The notes beneath the pieces are model-generated. The model saw only the letters and a list, made by a program, of their open reading frames with translations. It was not told the DNA's origin and did no database searches. A stretch of 64,000 bases of DNA from the NCBI GenBank assembly GCA_965227515.1, contig CBDDFZ010000002.1:64001-128000 (forward strand), in the 5' to 3' direction. Below are positions 43,511-52,418 of this stretch, piece by piece. Every line of letters begins with the position of its first letter. Position 1 is the first letter of the stretch. Source of the DNA: Alphaproteobacteria bacterium (GTDB taxonomy: Bacteria > Pseudomonadota > Alphaproteobacteria > CALKHQ01). Position numbers and translations under genes: made by a program.

Positions 43511-44910
43511 CGTTGACCCGTCGAGATTTCCTGACTGCAGGCGCGGCACTGGTAACGGCATCGGCCATCGCTCGTCGCTCCGCCACAGCGGATGTGGCAA
43601 CGGATCCGGATGTACCAACCATCCGGGCACAGCGTGGCGGTGCGTGGATGGTGCCTGGGGAATCCCTGCGGACAGAAATCTGGGGCTATGAGGGGCTGGT
43701 TCCCGGGCCGGACTTGAGACTGCCGCGAGGTGGTCGCTTGATCCGGAGGTTCGTGAACGAGCTGCCTCAGCCGTCAACCATACATTGGCATGGTATTCGC
43801 CTTCAGAACGCCATGGACGGTGTGCCGGAACTGACACAGGCGGTGGTGCAACCCGGTGAGGAGTTCCTTTACGACTTTACAGTGCCGGATGCGGGGACCT
43901 TTTGGTACCACTCCCACAATCAGTCGTGGGAGCAAGTGGCACGCGGCCTATATGGCGCGATCGTCGTCGACGAGCCCGATCCGCCTGAGGTCGACCGTGA
44001 CGACGTGTTGCTGATCGATGATTGGCGACTGACGGCCGAAGGCGAGATCGACGAAAGTTTTGGCGCGATGTCCGACTGGTCGCACGCTGGCCGTCTCGGA
44101 AACTGGCTCACCGTCAACGGCAATGGCGCTTGGCATGCAGCGGTTGGACACAATTCACGGCTGCGGCTGCGCTTGGTAAATACGGCAAACGCGCGGGTAT
44201 TCACGCTGACAATGAAGGGCCTCGAAGGCTGGATGGTCGCCCAAGATGGCCAACCGCTCGACGCACCAGTACCTGCAAATTGGATCACTTTGGCGCCGGG
44301 TCAACGGACCGACTTGATCGTCGACGTGATGGCAATGCCGGGGGAAGAAGGCAGCCTGGCAGCCGTCGATCGCAATCAAGTGTTTCGGTTGGCGACGTTC
44401 ATGGTTGCCGGAGAATCGCGGACCGTACGACTTGGCGAACCCGAGCCGCTACCTGCAAATCCGAACCCCGCACTCGGCAGCATCGAAACCGCAAGAAGAG
44501 TGACGCTGACAATGTCCGGCGGAGCCATGGGCCGAATGACCGGCGCCACCTTGTCCGGACAGTACCTCGGCATGGCCGATCTTGTGGAACGCGGAAAGGT
44601 GTGGGCCCTGAACGGCAGCGCCGATATGCCCGACAAGCCACTTATAGATGCAGCGTTAGGGGAGACGGTCCGGCTGACGATTGTCAATGAGACGGCGTTT
44701 CCGCACGGCATGCACCTGCACGGCCATCACTTCAGGCAGGTCTTCGCCAACGGTTCGACCGGCCCATGGCGAGACACGATCTTGCTGCAGGGCGCTGAAA
44801 CGCTCGAAGTGGCCTTTGTCGCTGACAATCCCGGAGATTGGCTGTTGCACTGCCATATGCTCGAACACGCTGTCGCCGGAATGAACACCTGGATACGCGT
44901 GTCCGGATGA
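43507..44910 (+). CDS. Tat-exported multicopper oxidase (CutO/CueO-like)
   Basis: TRRDFL Tat motif, IHWHG, WYHSH, HGMHLHGH, LLHCHMLEH..M. Confidence 0.95.
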   Translation: MTLTRRDFLTAGAALVTASAIARRSATADVATDPDVPTIRAQRGGAWMVPGESLRTEIWGYEGLVPGPDLRLPRGGRLIRRFVNELPQPSTIHWHGIRLQNAMDGVPELTQAVVQPGEEFLYDFTVPDAGTFWYHSHNQSWEQVARGLYGAIVVDEPDPPEVDRDDVLLIDDWRLTAEGEIDESFGAMSDWSHAGRLGNWLTVNGNGAWHAAVGHNSRLRLRLVNTANARVFTLTMKGLEGWMVAQDGQPLDAPVPANWITLAPGQRTDLIVDVMAMPGEEGSLAAVDRNQVFRLATFMVAGESRTVRLGEPEPLPANPNPALGSIETARRVTLTMSGGAMGRMTGATLSGQYLGMADLVERGKVWALNGSADMPDKPLIDAALGETVRLTIVNETAFPHGMHLHGHHFRQVFANGSTGPWRDTILLQGAETLEVAFVADNPGDWLLHCHMLEHAVAGMNTWIRVSG

Positions 44911-45377
44911 CACGTGTAACGCTAATCGCAATTTGCGCGCTCGGCGCCGCGCTCGTCAGTGCGTTTGGCTATTGGTATCTCAGCGATAACGGCTCTGAGA
45001 CACCGCCTTCAGCCATGCTGCCGGCCTTTGGCCTGGAAGAGGGAGCCGGTCTTTACGCCCGGTTTTGTGCGGACTGCCATGGTGACAATTTGGAAGGCCA
45101 ACCCAACTGGCAGGTAGCAGGCAACGACGGTGTATTGCCCGCACCGCCGCACGACGACTCAGGCCACACATGGCACCACCCAGACACAATGTTGTTCGAC
45201 TACACCAAGTACGGCGGGCAGGAGATGGCTGAGCGGATGGGCCTGGATGGCGTGGCCAGCGGCATGCCAGGTTTCGCCGATGTGATGACCGACGAGGAAA
45301 TCTGGACCGTCCTGGCCTTCATCAAGTCTCGTTGGTCGGAGCGGAACCGTCAGGCGCAGGCGCAACGGTCCCAATGA
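44907..45377 (+). CDS. Monoheme cytochrome c
   Basis: CADCHG, PAPPHDDSGHTWHH, SGMPGF. Confidence 0.9.
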   Translation: MTRVTLIAICALGAALVSAFGYWYLSDNGSETPPSAMLPAFGLEEGAGLYARFCADCHGDNLEGQPNWQVAGNDGVLPAPPHDDSGHTWHHPDTMLFDYTKYGGQEMAERMGLDGVASGMPGFADVMTDEEIWTVLAFIKSRWSERNRQAQAQRSQ

Positions 45378-45412
45378 CGCGGAAAGATCGATTGCAGCGC
45401 GGCCATGTCGAT

Positions 45413-45443
45413 TAGACCTTCCAGCAACCGGAAGCCGCAGAAT
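45413..45443 (+). promoter_or_regulatory. CueR-type promoter upstream of DUF411-dsbA-ldt
   Basis: TAGACC-19 bp-CAGAAT containing ACCTTCC-agcaacc-GGAAGCC; shares the 15-mer TTCCAGCAACCGGAA with the cueR promoter. Confidence 0.78.
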
Positions 45444-45498
45444 GAACTTCGGGAAACCTTGTAGGCGCGTGTCGCCTCAGCAACCAAGGGCATCAATA

Positions 45499-45954
45499 AT
45501 GGTCAGCAGATTCGCGAAATTGGTGACGGCGATTCTTACGCTGTTCGCTAGCCAGCAAGTGTACGCCGAACCTGAGGAGATGACGGTCTACAAGACACCC
45601 TGGTGTGGATGTTGTGCAGGCTGGGCGGACCATATCGAAGCTGGTGGTATGTCCGTGCAAATTGTCGAGCTTGAGGATCTGGAATCGATCAAGACGCTAG
45701 CCGGCGTGCCTGAGAGCCTCCGATCCTGCCACACCGCCATGGTCGGCGACTATGTCATCGAGGGCCACGTCCCGTTGGCGACTATCAGGGACTTGCTGGC
45801 GAGTCAGCCTGCGATCGCAGGCATAGCGGTGCCCGGCATGCCAATCGGCTCGCCCGGTATGGAAGGCCCCAACCCGCAACCGTACGAGGTCATCACCATC
45901 GAGGATGGCAAAGCCGGTGAAGTGTTCGCCTATATCATACCTTCGGAGAACTGA
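45499..45954 (+). CDS. DUF411 / CopG-type periplasmic copper protein
   Basis: YKTPWCGCC, SCHTA, IEGHVP, AVPGMPIGSPGME. Confidence 0.92.
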   Translation: MVSRFAKLVTAILTLFASQQVYAEPEEMTVYKTPWCGCCAGWADHIEAGGMSVQIVELEDLESIKTLAGVPESLRSCHTAMVGDYVIEGHVPLATIRDLLASQPAIAGIAVPGMPIGSPGMEGPNPQPYEVITIEDGKAGEVFAYIIPSEN

Positions 45955-45958
45955 TGTC

Positions 45959-46696
45959 ATGTTGAAACTTGGAACTGTATTGGCGCTTGCTGCGGTACTT
46001 TATGGCTCGTCGGCACTTGCTGACGACATAAGCCCGGAAGCTGAAGCCGAGATTCGGCAGATCGTCCGAGAGTATCTTCTCGAACACCCCGAGGTCATTC
46101 TTGAGGCCGTTGCGGTATTAGAGCAGCGACAGGCCGCGGAAGCAGCCGAGGCGCAAGCGCAAGCGTTGGGCGAGTTGCGGGACGCATTGGAACGCAATCC
46201 CGACAGCCCGGTATCCGGCAATCCCGACGGTGACGTAACCATCGTCGAGTTCTTCGACTACAATTGCAGTTTTTGCCGACGCGCTGTGCCAGTCATTCAT
46301 GCTCTCTTGGAAAGCGACGCTCAAATAAGGTACGTCTACAAAGAATTTCCAATCCTGGCTGAAAGCTCCATGTATTCTGCGCGGCTTGCCCTCGCCGTTA
46401 GTCGGTTGCAGCCACAACTCTATGAACCGCTACACAATGCACTGTTGTCAACCAGTGGTGCGCTCGACGAGGGTATCATAGATTCAATCGCTGAAAGCGT
46501 AGGCGTCGATCTTGAGTTGACAAAAGCAGAAATTGCGGACCCGTCTATTCAAGAGGAAATCGACAGAAATCTACAATTGGCCCAACTTCTTGGTATTAAT
46601 GGAACTCCAACATTTGTCATCGGGGACGCCGTCCTCGCTGGATTGCAGGACATCCGCGTGTTGGAACAAGCCGTAGATGATGTGCGTAATAAATGA
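45959..46696 (+). CDS. DsbA-family thiol-disulfide oxidoreductase (ScsC/Com1-like)
   Basis: Signal peptide, YLLEHPEV helix, EFFDYNCSFC, KEFPIL, GINGTPTF. Confidence 0.92.
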   Translation: MLKLGTVLALAAVLYGSSALADDISPEAEAEIRQIVREYLLEHPEVILEAVAVLEQRQAAEAAEAQAQALGELRDALERNPDSPVSGNPDGDVTIVEFFDYNCSFCRRAVPVIHALLESDAQIRYVYKEFPILAESSMYSARLALAVSRLQPQLYEPLHNALLSTSGALDEGIIDSIAESVGVDLELTKAEIADPSIQEEIDRNLQLAQLLGINGTPTFVIGDAVLAGLQDIRVLEQAVDDVRNK

Positions 46697-46867
46697 CGAC
46701 CAAACACTTTAGGGCATCAAAATTTCGTACGATGTTCAACTTCGCCCACCATCATTCATTCTCGGGTCAGAGAACCCATGTTTGGCTCGAGAATTCATGC
46801 GGAAATCGGACAGCAGTACGATGGCAAATGCTGTGCCGCGTCAGAAACGTCAACGGAGGATGATCAA

Positions 46868-48586
46868 ATGCACCAAGCAACCACGACAGACCATCCGAAC
46901 TTACGACAGAGGTTGATTAGCTCGACAGTTGCCACTCTGTCATTTGCCTGCCTCTCGACAATCAGCCTAGCCATGCAATCGGCCTACGCAAACGAGGAAA
47001 TGGAGCTGGTGGATGAGCCGCCGCATGAGGCAGTCGCGCTGATCGATATCGTCGAAAGTTTGGCTATTGCCGACAATGAAGGTGCCGAGAGTCTGGGGGC
47101 TCTATCTAGTTTCTATGAGCATAGAAACTATGCACCTGCCTGGGTAACCGAGGAGGGACCAACGGCCAATGGCCAAGCACTGTTGGCAGCCTTGCGCTCC
47201 GCCGACTCACATGGCCTAAATCCTGCAATTTATCGATTAGCTGAGATCGAGCAATTGGCGACCGCAACAGCAACAGACGACTTAGCTAAGTTAGATCGCA
47301 TGCTATCAGCCGCGTTTATTCAGTATGGCGGTGATCTAATGCAGGGCCGGTATCGGCAAGGAGAGGCGGCAGGCTCGGTCCAGTCCTACAGTACCGATTT
47401 GGATTTGTTGCAGCCATTGCGGTTCGCTGCCCAGTCTGGTGCGATTGACGAAGTTCTTCATGCCTTCACGCCTCCGCAGGAACAGTATCATCGGATCGTG
47501 GAGGCGCTTTCTCGCTACCGGGCGATTGCCAACGCTGGCGGCTGGCCACTCGTTGATATCAGCGGAAGTCTAGAACCGGGTGATTGGAGCGATGCGGTTG
47601 CTACGCTTAGGGAGCGTTTACGTGTAAGCGGAGACTACTCCGTCAACGTCGATCAAGTCGCAGATGCCAGTTTCTATGACCAAACACTCGCCGATGCTGT
47701 GAGGTTGTTCCAGGAACGACATGGTTTGTTGGTCGATGCTGTCGTTGGACCTCGAACGCTAGGTGAACTGAATACGACAGTCGAAATGCGGATCGCGCAA
47801 CTTGAGATTGCACTGGAGCGTTGGAGATGGTTGCCTCGGGATTTGGGGCAGCGCTACGTCATGGTGAATGTGCCAGCGTTTCACCTAACTGCTGTGGATG
47901 ATACACGCGGTGAACCCCTTACAATGCGAGTGATTGTAGGAACTAGGGAACATCAGACTCCAGTATTCAATGATACCATTGAGTATGTTCAAATGAACCC
48001 CTACTGGAACGTTCCATACAGCATCGCAACGGAAGAGTATCTACCGCAACTCATTCGCGATCCATTTTATCTTCTCAACCGAAATATCCGGATATTCTCC
48101 GGTAGTGGCGAAGTCAATCCGGTGCTCGTTGACTGGGCAGCTTATGGCGGGGGTGGCTTCCCTTACCATTTGCGGCAAGACCCTGGTGCGGGCAATGCTT
48201 TGGGCGACATCAAGTTCATGTTTCCCAATGGACATGCTGTGTACCTCCACGACACGCCAACACAGCCATTGTTCAATCGTACAACCCGCGCGTTTAGCCA
48301 TGGATGCGTTCGTGTGCATGACCCCATTGCATTGGCTGAGTTTGTGCTCGGTGTTGATCCTTCATACACGCGCGAAAGGATTACCTCGATGATTGGCTCC
48401 GAGCGCACTATTGATGTGAACCTGCCGGAAGAGATACCGGTTTATATCACTTATCAGACCGCTTGGGTCGATGATCATGGCAGTGTTCATTTCCGTCAGG
48501 ACATATACGACCGCGACTCTAGACTTCTGGCCAAGATGATGGACGACATACCAGAGGCGGGTGATGCGCAAATGGCGGCAAACTAA
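46868..48586 (+). CDS. YcbB/LdtD-type L,D-transpeptidase with peptidoglycan-binding domain
   Basis: HGLNP, FQERHGL (PG-binding), ERWRWL, VNVPAF, NPYWNVP, NALG.IKF, YLHDTP, SHGCVRV (catalytic His/Cys). Confidence 0.95.
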   Translation: MHQATTTDHPNLRQRLISSTVATLSFACLSTISLAMQSAYANEEMELVDEPPHEAVALIDIVESLAIADNEGAESLGALSSFYEHRNYAPAWVTEEGPTANGQALLAALRSADSHGLNPAIYRLAEIEQLATATATDDLAKLDRMLSAAFIQYGGDLMQGRYRQGEAAGSVQSYSTDLDLLQPLRFAAQSGAIDEVLHAFTPPQEQYHRIVEALSRYRAIANAGGWPLVDISGSLEPGDWSDAVATLRERLRVSGDYSVNVDQVADASFYDQTLADAVRLFQERHGLLVDAVVGPRTLGELNTTVEMRIAQLEIALERWRWLPRDLGQRYVMVNVPAFHLTAVDDTRGEPLTMRVIVGTREHQTPVFNDTIEYVQMNPYWNVPYSIATEEYLPQLIRDPFYLLNRNIRIFSGSGEVNPVLVDWAAYGGGGFPYHLRQDPGAGNALGDIKFMFPNGHAVYLHDTPTQPLFNRTTRAFSHGCVRVHDPIALAEFVLGVDPSYTRERITSMIGSERTIDVNLPEEIPVYITYQTAWVDDHGSVHFRQDIYDRDSRLLAKMMDDIPEAGDAQMAAN

Positions 48587-48750
48587 GAAGGTGCGTGGGG
48601 TGCTGCAGTTGAGATGTGACAGGTTATCAGCAAGCCATTAATCCAGTGATCGCTGATGCCGGTTCAGTTAAGACAGACAGAAAACTAGAGTTGTCAATGT
48701 ATGCGTGTGTGAGCCAAGGGATCCTGGCCGATTGATCAGGGTGGGTAGAA

Positions 48751-49419
48751 GTGGAAATACTTGGTCAGTCTCTCTTGCTCGCATTCGCCCTCGGTCTGTT
48801 GGGCTTCATCGAACCCTGCACAATTGGTGCTCACTTGCTTTTCTTGAGCAGTCACAAGGCCCGACCGTTGGGTCAGCGGCTCGGGGCAGCAGTGATATTT
48901 CTGATTGCCAGACTTGTGGTTATGGGTGGGTTTGGCGGCTTGGTCGTTGTTATTGGGCAGCAACTCATAAGTGTGCAGACGGGAGCATGGCTGGTCGTCG
49001 GCGTAATTTATCTTGCTCTTGGAGTTGCAATTATCGCGGGTTGGGACAAGTCGATGCAGCATCGTATTGGCCTTGGCCCGGAAAGCTGGAAGGCTGCCAC
49101 CAACCCACTTTTGCAGGGATTGGCATTCGGCCTCATCATACCAGCTTGTGCCGCGCCGATCCTGTTTGGCCTCATGGGCACCGCGACCGTGAGCGGATCT
49201 GCCGCTTCCGGATTTTTGATGATGGCGGTCTTCGCACTTGCATTGTCACTACCCCTTCTTCCGCTTTCGGCCGTGCCTAGCATTTCAGGCCCTCTTGACC
49301 GGCTCGGAGATTGGTTGCGGCCGCGTCGCTGGCTTCTCGGCGCAATTTTTGTGGCGCTGGGAATTTGGTCCATATGGTTTGGATTGTTCGTTGATCCAGT
49401 TGACTGGAGTGGGACGTGA
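48751..49419 (+). CDS. CcdA/DsbD-type transmembrane electron transporter
   Basis: Six TM helices with two conserved cysteines (FIEPCT, IPACAAPIL). Confidence 0.8.
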   Translation: MEILGQSLLLAFALGLLGFIEPCTIGAHLLFLSSHKARPLGQRLGAAVIFLIARLVVMGGFGGLVVVIGQQLISVQTGAWLVVGVIYLALGVAIIAGWDKSMQHRIGLGPESWKAATNPLLQGLAFGLIIPACAAPILFGLMGTATVSGSAASGFLMMAVFALALSLPLLPLSAVPSISGPLDRLGDWLRPRRWLLGAIFVALGIWSIWFGLFVDPVDWSGT

Positions 49420-50657
49420 CCCCGCGCCGCCGATTCTGGCATGTGGCGGGCGCGGGTACCGCGTTTCAGGCAGGATCGGCCGCGGTGGACAGCGCAACGG
49501 TGATGTCGGCGCTGGTTTTCCAGCTAACGGGAAGCGCAATTGCCGTCGGCGCAGTTCCCACTATTCTTCGGCTTGGCTGGCTTCTACCGCAGATTTTCGT
49601 TGGCTACTTGGCCGGCTGTGCCGTCTCCTCGATGCCGTTCTACATCCTGGGAGCATTTGGGCGAAGCGCGGCGATTGCTTTCTTAGCGATCGTACTCTGG
49701 ATTGGGTCAGCGGCAGGCTGGTCAAATGCTACGATCGGCGCGGCAACATTGGGAATATGGGTGCTGTATGCGTTTCTGAGCGGTGTCGTTGGCGTTCCGT
49801 ACAACGACATCGTCGCCCGATCGGTCCCGTCTGAACTCCGTAGTCGGCTGCTCTCGGTTCGCTTTCTCGGAGGCGGAATAGCTGCGCTCTTGGTCGCAGT
49901 GCTGGCTGACAGACTAATGCGATCGCTCGACTTTCCCGTCTCTTACGCCGCTATACTGGGGATTGCGGCGGTTCTAATGATGCTCTCATCCATAGTTTTT
50001 GTAGTGATGGGAGAACCGGAAAAAACGGCACCACTTAAAGCAGCCGAGAATTTCAAGGCCTATCTGAGCGACGGTGTGGCAGTGTTCAGAGGCGACACAG
50101 TCTTCCGTCACTTTTTATTTGCTCAGTGGTGCGGTAGCGCCGTTCTCATCGCCGCTCCTTTTTTTATCGTTGCAGCCGCCGCGCTGGGCATGTCCTTGGA
50201 AAACGTGGCGCTTCTGCTCGTCGCCCAGACTGCCGGCACGCTCGCCAGCAATCCGCTTTGGGGGTGGTGGGGCGATCGCCTTGGCAAAATGAGCCTGATG
50301 CGAAGCATTGCGGTTGCGCGTGCGGCCCCGCCAACAGTCATTCTGAGCGTGCTATTCATCCCAGTGTCGCACGATTGGCTCATGGCGATCTTGCTGGTGG
50401 TCTTTTTTGTTATCGGAGCATTGGCGAGTGGGCTTACAATCGCGGTCATCGGACTCCTGATGGAAATATCTCCAGAAGACCGTCGCCCAGCCTACAGCGG
50501 CTATTTCAGTGCGCTTACGGCGCCCGCATACATTTTTCCAATTTTCGGAGGCCTTACTGCAGTCACCTTTGGGATATGGTTTGTGTTCGCGATATCGCTC
50601 CTTGCCACATTTGCTCAGACCGTAGCTCTCTCAAGAATAGACATGACAGAAAGTTAG
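49416..50657 (+). CDS. MFS transporter
   Basis: About 12 TM helices, WGDRLG loop motif, EISPEDRRPAY; 4-bp overlap with the ccdA-like gene. Confidence 0.85.
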   Translation: MTPRRRFWHVAGAGTAFQAGSAAVDSATVMSALVFQLTGSAIAVGAVPTILRLGWLLPQIFVGYLAGCAVSSMPFYILGAFGRSAAIAFLAIVLWIGSAAGWSNATIGAATLGIWVLYAFLSGVVGVPYNDIVARSVPSELRSRLLSVRFLGGGIAALLVAVLADRLMRSLDFPVSYAAILGIAAVLMMLSSIVFVVMGEPEKTAPLKAAENFKAYLSDGVAVFRGDTVFRHFLFAQWCGSAVLIAAPFFIVAAAALGMSLENVALLLVAQTAGTLASNPLWGWWGDRLGKMSLMRSIAVARAAPPTVILSVLFIPVSHDWLMAILLVVFFVIGALASGLTIAVIGLLMEISPEDRRPAYSGYFSALTAPAYIFPIFGGLTAVTFGIWFVFAISLLATFAQTVALSRIDMTES

Positions 50658-51493
50658 GTAAGGTACTATTTCGCAACTCTAAATCTAGTAGCGTATTGTC
50701 TGATCTTATCGCTGATTTGGTCTCCGTCTAGATATTGTTTTTCTGGGCACAGAGTATCCTGGCGATTATGATCCTGACAAAGTAGAATGCGTTTCGCTGG
50801 GCCGAGATCATTGGTGAGCGCCTAGCCGAGATGTGATGGCGCGTAGGCGAGGCGGCCCAATATCTCTTCCAGGACGTGTTCGGCGACTGACCAACTCGTT
50901 GCCACCCGGCCGATGCGCTGCATTTTTCGTCGGTAGGCGTGCTGCAGATGCTGTGAAAGGCCATGTCGCAAACTCGGAAGATGCCAGAGAAGCGGAAAGA
51001 GGCCGAACCCGGGGCGTTCGTGCGGTTCACGGCAGCGACGGCCAAGGTTGCGCCGTCCCGGCGGCCTAAGCCAAAGACAGAGAACGAGTAGGCTGTCACC
51101 GGCCGCCGGGGCGTAAATCCCGGTGTTAAAGCGGTAAGACATACTGGCGCGGCCAAGATCGCGTGTGTGCGCAGATACGCGTCCAGCGACCGTGGCAGCG
51201 ACGAAGGTGAGCGCGTACGTACACTCTCACGCCTTCAGCGCGTGTCATTGCCACTACTCCGATTGTCAAAGCAGGGGGTGGAGCCCCTGCCGCTCCGGAC
51301 CGCACTTCGCGGTCCGCGGCCTACAGCGAGCCCGGCCAGAGGCCGGTGACAGTCAGAGCCGGCGGCAGCTTGCTCGAAGCATACCAGATTTGGTGTGCGG
51401 AGTCTCGATTCGGTCCAGAAATGCTAATTGGGCCAACGCCGTGCCAGGTGGCGCAGCAGCGCCTGGCGGATGGTGAGGCGGCGGGTGGCCCGC

Positions 51494-52174
51494 TTACCGC
51501 TGATCAGGCCGCCGATAGGTGAGGCGCTTGCCGGCGATGCCCTTGGCGGCCAGTGCGGCGCGTTCGAGGTCGGAGACATCGCGGCTGTTGAAGCGGAAGT
51601 CGAACTCGCCGAGGTAGCAGCGCAGGTGCTTCTGGCTGACGTGGTGGTAGTTACCGCTGATGCCGCGCTTGAGCAGCGAGAACGCGTTCTCGATGGTGTT
51701 GGTGTGCCAGAACTGGCCGCGCACGTATTCCTTGGCGCTGTGGTTGACCGAGCCGTGGCCGCTGAATTCCTCACCGGGTGCGGCGTAGGTCTTGGACTCG
51801 TCGGTCATGAGATAGGAGCCAGGGTCGATGTGGCTGGTGAGGATGGGGCGCAGGGTCTTGGCGGTGACGTCCGGCACATGGAACGAGCGCAGCTTGCCGT
51901 CACGCTCGACCAGCGCCATGACTGCCTCTTTGTTGCGCGGCGCGCGGTGAGCGCGATCCTGGAGCGCTCGAACTCGCTTGAACAGAGTGTCGACTGTCAG
52001 CGGATGGCGGCAGGCAATACTCTGTTAGAGGCCAAGTCGATGGGACTTGCCTTCGAGGGGGCGGCAGCTCAGTATGCCGTGGCGCGGGCAGATGGGCCAG
52101 TTGGTCAGGCTTGGTTGCAGCCAACCGCGTCCCTTGTGTTCGGTGTGGAGGATGGGATTGGCATGGTCGTTCAT
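51494..52174 (-). pseudogene. Decayed IS1595-family transposase
   Basis: The C-terminal part is intact (ALVERDG, LMTDE, VNHSAKEY, HTNTIEN, YLGEFDFRFN). The in-frame N-terminus is degenerate (PICPRHG, GKSHRLGL*) with TAA at 52025-52027 and a deletion of the central region. Confidence 0.85.
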
Positions 52175-52418
52175 GGCGATTTCCCTTTACCTCTAGAGAT
52201 AGTCGGTCTTAATCATTGCACTCTTTGTCAAAATTGGCGCTACTGATAATATACAAGTGGGAACCGAGGTCGAGAGCATGTGCTGGTAGTGACAGCCGCG
52301 CCCGGCCAAAACACCACTATGCGGTTTGTTTCAAGTCTCGAACTTATTTTATTGTCTTGTTTTTTTCATTAAATCTAAGTTGTCTTTACTTTTCTTCATA
52401 TGCAGACAAAGTTCTCCT

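Noticed and set aside
51428-52246. 272-aa plus-strand ORF
   Set aside because: Antisense shadow of the IS1595 transposase pseudogene.
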